Positions 50,194-64,000 of a DNA stretch of 64,000 nucleotides are shown in pieces. The notes below the pieces were generated by a model, which was not told the DNA's origin, did not search any database, and saw only the letters and a program-made list of their open reading frames with translations. The DNA is from Balanoglossus misakiensis (taxonomy: Eukaryota > Animalia > Hemichordata). The position numbers were made by a program, and so were the translations under genes. The stretch's first letter is position 1, and every line of letters begins with the position of its first letter. Location: contig CM082576.2 in assembly GCA_040954595.2 (NCBI GenBank), positions 16,601,028 through 16,665,027 of the forward strand, written 5' to 3'.

Positions 50194-51980
50194 CAGACCC
50201 GCCAATAAGTATTTACGCACCCACGTTCTGCAGCGAAAACGTTTCAAAAACATGAAATAACACACCTTGCAGACAGTTTTTAGCGAAAATTCAAAAATAT
50301 TTAATAAATTCACGAGAAACAACAGTTGTACAGCGAAAATCTTTCATGTGCGATTAAATTTGAGCGAGAAATATTGACGTAAATATAGATATGCAACGGA
50401 GTCGGCGAAACGTTCCATTCTCTATGGGAACAACAATGCAAAGAACGTCATGAATATTCATGAGGTGAAATCGAACGTAACAACTGTCAATAATGGGTAT
50501 GTCCACCCCTTCTCCTGATGACCTCTCGCAGGCGCTTGGGCATAGTGTCGACGAGTTTCCGACACATATTTTGCTGGAATTGTTCCCAAGATGTTACAAT
50601 GCGGTCAAACAGGTCGTCGATGCTGTGAATTGGACGGGAATGAACGTCCAAGTCGATTAACTCCCACAGGTTCTCGATGGGGCTCAAATCTGGAGACTGG
50701 GCTGGCCACTCCAACGTAGTAAAATTGTCAAACGGATAGCCGTAATCCTGGGGATTTTGCAGAAATGATTTCACAGCCAAGGCAGTATGTACAGGGGCAT
50801 TATCCTGCTGGAACACAAAATCGGGCCCGACGAGCCTCAAAGCCGATGGTAGCATTTCGTTTTGTAGAATGTCTAGGTACTTCCAGCGATTTATGGTATT
50901 CTCGACTCGAACGAGTGAACCAACCCCTGCAGCCGAGAAACACCCCCAAACCATAACACTACCACCACCAAACTTCACTGTGGGAGTAATACAGTCAATT
51001 TCGTACTCCTCGCCGGGTCGCCGTCTAACGAAAACTCTCCCCCGGCCCCTATACACGGTGAACTTAGACTCGTCTGACCAAACAACCCGGGACCACTGAA
51101 CAGGTGTCCAGTTGACGTAACGCCGGGCGAAACGTAGTCGCGCTGCGATGTGCCTGGGTTGTAATTTCGGCTTTTTCTTGGCCACACATCCACGGAGTGT
51201 GGCTCCTCTATACAATCGAGACTTGATAGTGCTCATACTCAAAAGTTTCCCGGTATCCTCGTGAAACTTAGCGCGGAGGTCACGGGCCGTCTTAAACCTG
51301 TCCGTCAGGCTTGATCTAATCAACATTCGGTCTTCCCGTTCCGTTGTTCGCCTTGGCCGTCCAGATCGGTGTAAATTGTCCGTGCTACCATTTTGAACAA
51401 GTTTCCGAATGTTGTACCTGACGCTGCCTTCGGTGATTCCAAGCTGCCTTGCGATTTCTCGGTTTCTCAAACCTTGCCTATGCAGTGCCTCAATTTGACC
51501 TTTCACAAATTCAGGAAGTTCGCGAACTTTGGGCATGGTTTCATTGATCCAATGTTTACAAACAAAAATTATGCAGCAACCTCCGACGACCTCGATCAGA
51601 ATATTCATAAGCAAGTCTGGCAGATTTTCCCGCCCCCAAATTTAATCGTAATTATATTTAAAAGCTCTGATTGGTGGAGATTTAAATATGAATAGAGGGA
51701 AATTAGCCACGGAAACAATGGCGCGAAAAGTTAATGAGATGCAAATGATATGTTAATGAGTATACCGCCATTGCAATAACCATAGGAATTTTCACTGGCC
51801 GGAAAACTCGCCGCGTATACAGTCAAATTCGGCGCGGCAACACATCTGTGTTGTCTAAAATGGGTTAAACCTTCCGTAGGTTATTTATTTTCGGAAATAA
51901 GTTACAGTCGATCGATTTTGTGAGTAATTTTTCATGTCAACCGTACATTTTCAAGGTGCGTAAATACTTATTGGCGGGTC
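50194..51980 (-). mobile_element. Tc1/mariner DNA transposon (~1.79 kb)
   Basis: Left end TA|CAGACCCGCCAATAAGTATTTACGCACC; right end GGTGCGTAAATACTTATTGGCGGGTC, lacking the terminal TG and the TA. Confidence 0.95.
50487..51536 (-). CDS. Tc1-family transposase, 349 aa, intact, DD42E
   Basis: ATG at 51536 (MPKVREL), paired-like HTH, RSGRPR AT-hook, WSDESKF, VMVWGCFS, FQQDNAPVH, WPAQSPDLSPIENLW, GGHTHY. Confidence 0.95.
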   Translation of the reverse strand: MPKVRELPEFVKGQIEALHRQGLRNREIARQLGITEGSVRYNIRKLVQNGSTDNLHRSGRPRRTTEREDRMLIRSSLTDRFKTARDLRAKFHEDTGKLLSMSTIKSRLYRGATLRGCVAKKKPKLQPRHIAARLRFARRYVNWTPVQWSRVVWSDESKFTVYRGRGRVFVRRRPGEEYEIDCITPTVKFGGGSVMVWGCFSAAGVGSLVRVENTINRWKYLDILQNEMLPSALRLVGPDFVFQQDNAPVHTALAVKSFLQNPQDYGYPFDNFTTLEWPAQSPDLSPIENLWELIDLDVHSRPIHSIDDLFDRIVTSWEQFQQNMCRKLVDTMPKRLREVIRRRGGHTHY

Positions 51981-54900
51981 ATCGCCTGGCGCACCGAATT
52001 GCTCAACATTTGTCAAATTTGTCCGGAGGTCTGTCCGAAATAATATTTACTATGCGAGAAAAAAGCTTCGCGGGACAACTCCAACTCAACTTCACCTTGG
52101 AGATAGTAACGCCAGCATCTATATAAACGAAAACTTGACACCAACAATGAAACGCCTATTTCATCAGGTAAACGAGCGAAGAAAACAACTGAAATGGAAA
52201 TTCATCTGGACTAGTAATGGTAAAATACTAACAAGGAAAGATGGAGACTCAGAAATCATTACAGTTTCATCTGTAACAGCTATTACTCGTATAAACTAAT
52301 TTGGAACCGAGAGTGTGCCTTTAACATGGTAATATATTTAAATACCAATCCAAGAAATCTATGTTGAACTATAACGCCCATTGTCAAATCTTCATGCATT
52401 TATCATACATGCATGGCATGTGTTACAAGTTGACTTTTTCCATCAAAATGAAGCTTCTGAAATAAAATTCGTCAAGTCTTATATTTTATTTTAAATAGGG
52501 AATAATCCAATGTTCCATTTAGTAAAATATGAGAAAAAGTCTAAGACTTTAATTTTTCTCGAGGCGCAACGAACTTAATTAACTGTAAGCAGCCATTGCA
52601 GTCGTTTGATTATATAGTTGGACGTTTCCCTTTTCGGGTGTTTTACTAACCATTCCCATTCTTATTTGGATATTGAACAATATAATGTACATTGGTAACT
52701 TGAAAAAGCTTATCCCACATGTCATACAACATGTAACTCCTCCGAAGAAACATCTAGATCTGATAATTAGTGGACGCTGCATTAAGAGTAATTTGCATAT
52801 TTGTTTCTATGGTCAATACTTCAAGAACGCCTAAATCACTTTTCCTTGAAATTTGGCAGGAAGATACTTTGGATGAATATCTCCCGACTTTACAATTTAT
52901 GTATGTGCTCGATTGAAGGATTACAAGCACCAAGTTCGGAACGACTAAGAATTTCTTCGAGAAGAATGCGGCAACCTTTCAAAGTCATCTGTAATGTTGA
53001 TAACAAAATCACATATCGAAGTAGAGGAGTTTTCTGCTACTATAAAGTGTGTAAATATCAATTTGAGTATCGCTTTTATTTCATCTAAGTAGTGTAAACG
53101 TCTTATAGCCAATAAACCAGTAGAATATGACATAGTATCCTTAATTCTTTGCAATTAAAATAATCACCAATGGGCCCCGTCCACCAAATGATGTCGAACA
53201 GATTTTCTGTCTGTTTCTGTCAACTCGGTATTTCAAGAATCGCCGTTGAAGAGATTGAAGTTAAATTTTGTATACGGGTACAGTAAAGAAGATTTGAGTT
53301 GTTTGGCATGAATTGGCATATCAATGATATTCTCAATCTGATAATGCTTGTCTTTAGGAAGTGCATTTGGGATTAAAGTTGGTTTTCCTGTGGTTTACCC
53401 TGTTGCGTTGAGTTTGATACTACACTTTGTTGGAATGATACGTCATCTTCTTGGAATTCAAAGTTTCTGTTTTTCCTACTTGTTCACTCGCTGACATAGG
53501 CACTGATGTTATGTAAAGCAAATAATACCCGGCCACAGCTGTTAATCCAGATAGAACCTCACATTCCCAAGGATCCGGGATCATATTGCTCACACGAGTT
53601 GGGATTTTTTGTTCCACACAAGCCGCAGGCGAGTGTAGGCCAAAATATCCCCGACGAATCTGTGATATATGATCTCAGGTCCTTGGTGTGTGAGATTATA
53701 TTCCTCACACGGCAAATTAGCCAAAGGGGTCCGGAAGGTTGGGTCTACATATTTCTTTTACCCATTCTCCGTAGAATCGACATGCCCCATAAGGCCAAAT
53801 AAAACACTATGTGCTGTTCTGATACATGGTTTACAAAAATAGGGAGAATTTTTTTGCGAGCACTTCAGATAGCGCGTGTACGAGAATGGAGGATTATGGG
53901 ACATAGAATGCATCTCTACAGTATACCTACGAGTTCGAAAAGTGCTTCGTAGGTTGTTTCTACGGGGGCATCCATTATTTTTTATCTCTTCGGTACATAA
54001 AATCAATGTAGTTATTCATCACAAATCCTACTCAGAAATGCACATTGACCACAATTCCATCAAAGACGGTGGAAAATTAAGTTGGAAAATGAAATTTAGT
54101 GGCGTTTCTGGACATTTTCGAGCAGCCGAAGGGCCGCGCCATATTGAATCACGCGAAATTTAATCACGCCATATTGAATCACGCGAAATCACGCCAAATT
54201 ACGCGAGACTTCGAAAAAACGTTACGCGTGTATGGTGCCACCAACGACAACAGTTATTCTTTATGAGTCTCAACGACTACCGCAATGACCTTGTGAAAAT
54301 GAAACCCACCAATAAAAAGAAAATCTGAAGCTATCAGAGAAATGGAATGTCTTTGGGAAAGTAAACACATAGCAACAGCACTTAATACCAATGAATAATG
54401 GCAACACTCGGTATCGTTGGATCCTCAAAAATCTTCTGGAACGGGTCGACGATAATAATAATACTTAACAGAAGACGGCTAGCTATTAGAACTGAAATCT
54501 GAAGGAGCAGAGTGTCTCGGTAGGTGTCTACATTACAATGCTATGGGTCTCCAGGTACCCCCCCCCCCCCCCGGTCGTCCCACAATGCAACGCGTGTTTC
54601 AAGATGGCAGTTAATACAGCTTTGCCCTATACCCTAAGTTTTGCTCCAAGACTGTTAGCTGTGGTACGCAGCTGTACCGGTGGGGGTGGGGGCTGATTAC
54701 CCCACGGACAGCTGCGGACCAACCCGCATTCTAATCGGCTAGTTACAACGACACGACTCGTGTAGGAACATTTGAACGGCAACAGAAAACAAAGTGAGCG
54801 TAATTCAATAAAACGACCTATACAAGCCATGATTATTTCTGGTCCCAAAACGCCTTTCGTTAAAAAAATTACTGGTCTGTTTACGAATTTCAGCCGATTT

Positions 54901-55179
54901 TCCAAGGAGTGCTACCCGCTGGAAATGACTGCCATAAATATGCTAATGCGACCTCGTACAACGGTAGTGAGTGAGTTTCAAAGTCCGCTGCCGGAGTTTT
55001 AACCCGTGTATTCGATGAGGCCTTCTTCATCGTAGTTGGTGGCTGAGTGGCTCCTCATTTCTGTGCACATCGGCGGCACTCGATAAGGCAAGGTAGGTGT
55101 GATAGCAGCGTCCATTTTAAAACGAACAGTATTGTGGGATATATAGTGAATTTCCCCCTTGAGCAAAAGAAAGTTTTGT

Positions 55180-55391
55180 TCGGCGAAATTTGAGTTGTGT
55201 CGGACAAAATTAGAAAGTTGCGCCCGTCAAAATTAGAGTTCTGTCCAACAAAAAAAGGGTTGTGTCCTGCGAAATTAGAGTTGTGTCTTACAAAATTTGA
55301 GTTGTGTCCACCAATTAGAGATTTTTATGCAAAAAATTAAAGTTGTGTCCGCTGAATTAGAGATTTTGGTTGTCATATACGGGCCACCGTA
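55180..55391. repeat. ~21-bp degenerate minisatellite (AAATTAGAGTTGTGTCC) ending in a probable transposon terminus
   Basis: About nine tandem units followed by catatacgggccaccgta. Confidence 0.7.
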
Positions 55392-56417
55392 CTGGCCAAA
55401 CTGCATTCAGCATTAAAAGCCAAATGCCATATTTTAACCGAGAAAAGATTTCACTCTTCTTCTAATCCCTATACTCAGCCGACAAACGACACCAATTTGA
55501 CTTTGTGGAGATATTCTAATACCCAAGTGCACATCCTACGGTTGTGTTATCAGACATTGATCTATACCCAAGAGATTGTTCATTTAAGGTAGCTTGAGGG
55601 GTTCTTGATAACATATTTTGACCAAAATGATTTACGTCAAACAATGTTTTACAGCAAAAACCTATAGGCTTTTATCAATGCAAAGCTCTGTCTGTGAATA
55701 TAAACTTTTTCTGAGTCACGTAAATTTGAAGAATTGTTACGCGGGAGAAAGATATTGTAAATTAGCTAAAAGTTATAGTTGCAGGGGCTTCAAGAATTGA
55801 AATGCAATGATTGCGCGATTTTCACTTTTGTTCGGCGATATTCAAATCAAAATGTGAGTATTGTCCTTCTGTGATTACCTCCGGGAGGGGATGAACAATT
55901 GTTTGAAGAGCCTCTGAAGGAACTTTCAAGGACGCAGGCCGGACAGAGCAGTATGAGAAAACGTTTTGATATGCAGTCATATGCAAATATATGGGCAATA
56001 CGTTTAATAATTAATGCAATCGATATTCGGTTTGGCTTTAATATGTCCTTCCCCATCATGTGCTCACCCTGTAATACCTTTTCAACCTTATGTTCCTCTC
56101 ATGCCTTCACGATTGTACGAAGATTGTATCGTCTGGTGAACGGGAAAGTAAATGTATTTTAATTTAAGGACATTTTGTGGCCAACAGGCGAACTAGTCTC
56201 TGTGCGGTTATTACATCTAATTCGCGTGAAGTGTAAAAGTAAGCCTTCATTTCTGCAATCAAGTTGCCAGCCAATGCAACACAGCAATACCAAGACGTTG
56301 TATTTTCATCGATCGGTGTTCTATGGACCATGATTGTCCGATAATAATAATCGAGTTAAGAGCCATCGATCGGTAGCGCAAGCTTAAGGAAAACAAGCGT
56401 AACTACCTCTGTAAACT

Positions 56418-60914
<4,497 letters not shown>

Positions 60915-63291
60915 TGCACAAAATGCTGCATAAAATAAGATCCCGGATATAAATTTTCTGATACATTTGTAACTTTTGTGAGTCGAACTTAAAGTTCGCC
61001 TGTTGTCCCTCCTGCGGTTGCATTATTTTGTGTGTGAACGATGGATTTTATCCACAAAAGCGTATGATTGCAGTAGTTTAAAAATAACATACGGTGCCAT
61101 TATTTAAGTACGCATACTATACATTTTCGGTCTTCTTGCCCGCATGCTTGCAACTTTTGCTTAATAGCACACGATTAACAACATGAGCTGCATGAAAAGG
61201 GTGTATTGAACAACATTGTGCCGGTGATAACTTGAAATACTGTATCCGTTTCAGTCCAGTAAACACACTGTAATCATTATCGTTCAATATAAGCAACTGG
61301 ACATATTCAAAGAAATACTGAGCTTTAGTTATTCCAGTCATGTCATATTAGGATATTAAAGCATGATAAATTTTGAACCATAAGCCCATAAATTTTATGA
61401 ACAGCTGTTGCAGTTTCCTTGATGAAATTTAAAACAATGGGATTTGTAAATATGCACGTATCATGAAGATTTCTGTATACATACATTAGCCATTATTCAT
61501 CTATAAACATATTTTCCACTGAATTCTTGTTTCAACAGTTTTTATATGTGATTGAAACTTTTCACAGAATTAAAGAAAATAAGAGTGATTACCATTATCG
61601 TGCACGAGGGCAGCGTATTATTTCATACTGTTTAGAAACTAATTTCTCTCCTCGAATAAACGGAACGTCTGAGACTAAGTATTGCATCTAACAGTATAAA
61701 TGATTGAAATCTTTCCTCAACAACACCGTGTGGTTCAAAAGACGGGGGTTCCCAAATTTATTCAAGCCTGAGTCTAGGATTGACCAAAATATCTGAAATT
61801 TCTTTCACAAGCTATACATATTTATTTATAAATTGCAAGTCTAAATGCCGCATTGTTTTTGACATGACAAAAGATGAAGATAAAACCCTGCCACTTTCAA
61901 CCTATTGTTTATAACTAAAATACCACAGTCTTCTTCTGACGGACGACACCAAATTGGGCTGAATTTTACCAAAACCACCCTGTGCCAAATATACCAATAT
62001 CAGGAAATCAAACAAGGTCTTATAATAATTATCACACAAGGGAAACACTTGCCACGTTCAAAAGCAATTGATGATACAGACAATTGCTATAGTTGGTCGT
62101 ACTTGTCCAAGACGGGCCAGTTCACCCAACTTGCATGCTACTACCAAACATTCAGATATGGCTAAATGGTGAGATGCTTGTGGTGTGAAAACAGCATAGC
62201 AGTATCTGCTGTATCTTTGTCCTAAATTTGCATATGCCCATATATGGGTATAAATCGTGTCTAATTCTTCAAATGACCGTCAGTTTGCACAGTTTTTGTC
62301 CTCTCTGCTAAGTTTTCATTTTAACGTTCAGCGGATAAAGTGACATAGAAGATCTATTGTTAGAGACAAATACTTAGCATAAATATGATCGATATAGGAA
62401 GTAAGTAGGAAGCTCGCACAAAGCGGGCTGAAGGTAATCTGAGGCTATGTTGGTATGGGTTTGTGGCATGGAAATACACGCCCATAAATTTTGGTGGCCA
62501 CTTCCTGTAAAAACCGATTGCTCCCTCAAGTCATGAGACAATGGAAATTAATACATGTTCTTCATTTTATTCTTCACCCCACGCACGCGCAATGTTAATC
62601 TATCTACAAAGAATCACAACCAGTTCGCATCTTCGTAATCAGGCATGGCGATTAGCGGACGCGATTAACAACTGAAATAATGATGCATATGTGACACATA
62701 CAGTGATATTAATACATATTTTATTTCTCGTTATTTACGAGAGTTATGAGCTCGCGCGAACACATAGTAAAACAAGAGTCCACAGTCTATTGGAATCTAC
62801 TACCAGTCTCTGTTTATCATAGCCTATCCATTTAGAACTTCTTAAGTTCAATGATAGTTAAAATGTCGTTATTCAGTTATTACTTGAATAAAACCCAACC
62901 AAAAATGTACTTTTACGATATTCTCACATTAATTTGTGATCCATTTATCACATTTGTAGGGCATTTCATAATGAAAGAAAAGAAATATCCCTTTTCCGTA
63001 TTGCAAAAACTCGTGTTTAATACTAAAACTCTAACCCTATAATTCAAATGTAGTTCCTTGTTGTTCACAATGGATTCAACGTATTCGTATATATGATGTG
63101 TCCAGCTCCTCAGTTGCTTTCACACAGTTAAATAGCATGTTTTAATTTATGTGATCCGACAAAATTTTGAAAGTGATTTCGATAACAGCAGTACAACTAT
63201 TTGCAGAAGAGGTAAAAGTTTTGCAACAACATATTCAGCATCAATTTACATTAAAACGTCAATAAGCGTATTCCTGTTAGACGACTGATAG

Positions 63292-64000
63292 TCAATACGG
63301 GGACGGTGGATATTCCTCGATGATTATTCTGCACGTTCACTTGTAGCAGAAATAGAGATCATGATAGCCATAGCCATTGCAATTTCCACAGTTGAAGGCG
63401 ATGTTGTAGGAACCAGCGGCCAATACATTGCAGAAACCTGTGAATACAGAGTCACCAACATGAAGAATAAGTTAACTTGCACAGCATTAAGTCAGATGAC
63501 TACCCATATGCAATGCGTGGTTATGACATTCCATAGCTTTTCATGTAGAATTTTGAGAAAACAGTGTTACAATTTTGTTATTTTCTTGAAATTCCCATAA
63601 GATGTACCAAAACAGGAGTATTATTAACTATAATAAAGAAAACACTATTTCACCAAGCTTAATTTTTGAAAGAGGTGTTCAAGTATTTTCACCCTAGGAA
63701 AACTATACAGTTAGAGTGCCAGAAAAGTGCTGACTCAGCATTGTTCACAATGTTTAAGACCCTTAACTGAAAAAGTTGCATGGGAAAACCGTGTTTCCTC
63801 TCTATATTTGTTTTAACATTCATTGATAAACAATATATAACAATCGGAAGGGTAACAATGTTCTAAATTATGAGAAGTCACTATACCTTTATCCAAATAT
63901 CCAAACATAGACCTACCGTTGACTACCCTTGGCCTGTGCAAATCGACAGATGTACCCATGCCACCAGTGTATACCACGCCCTCTATCGTCAGTGGATTGC
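63292..64000 (-). CDS. Second CTHRC1-like gene (3' part only) with an in-frame TGA; either recoded or a pseudogene
   Basis: Exon >64000-63917 (NPLTIEGVVYTGGMGTSVDLHRPRVVN) and exon 63437-63292 (GFCNVLAAGSYNIAFNCGNCNGYGYHDLYFCYK*TCRIIIEEYPPSPY*) align to exons 3-4 of the plus-strand paralogue with the same phase-1 intron. Missed by the ORF track. Confidence 0.85.

Larger units (their letters stand above)
49692..52299 (+). mobile_element. LINE ORF1-like gene (coiled coil + RRM + CTD; L1 transposase-22/FP25K type), frameshifted and interrupted by Tc1; no ORF2
   Basis: Coiled coil 49692-~50050, then after a frameshift ELQQYSRRNNLEIAGIP..EDTNEIV..IAAAVGV..NDI. After the Tc1 it resumes HRL...VKFVRR...IYINENLTP...WKFIWTSNGKILTRK to TAA at 52297-52299. 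Confidence 0.85.

Noticed and set aside
55180-55391. Possible CRISPR array
   Set aside because: Degenerate head-to-tail units with no unique spacers, no cas genes, and a eukaryotic context.
52500-56300. Short ORFs between the Tc1/LINE block and CTHRC1
   Set aside because: No recognisable domains or consistent exon chain; the region looks like decayed repeats that I cannot classify.

Overview
Intron-rich, AT-rich eukaryotic (animal) DNA, probably from a marine invertebrate deuterostome; the taxon is inferred from gene content and is not certain. Hand splicing gives, from left to right: (1) two tandem minus-strand PARP14-like genes (RRM-KH-macrodomain) that end without WWE or ADP-ribosyltransferase domains and appear to have their macrodomains moved to the C-terminus; (2) a four-exon ABCA transporter pseudogene fragment with an orphan 5S rRNA unit between its third and fourth exons; (3) a plus-strand coiled-coil CAAX (CVIL) gene hosting an antisense intronless rhodopsin-class GPCR; (4) a ~5.1 kb tandem duplication (period ~5.9 kb) of a CaSR-like class C GPCR; (5) a LINE ORF1-like sequence interrupted by a Tc1 element whose intact transposase has DD42E spacing; (6) two convergent CTHRC1-like genes, the second with an in-frame TGA in a C-Y-K-*-T-C context. 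MITEs, a Penelope-like fragment and microsatellites fill the gaps. All exon models come from splice signals, reading-frame continuity and recalled family motifs; no database search was run.
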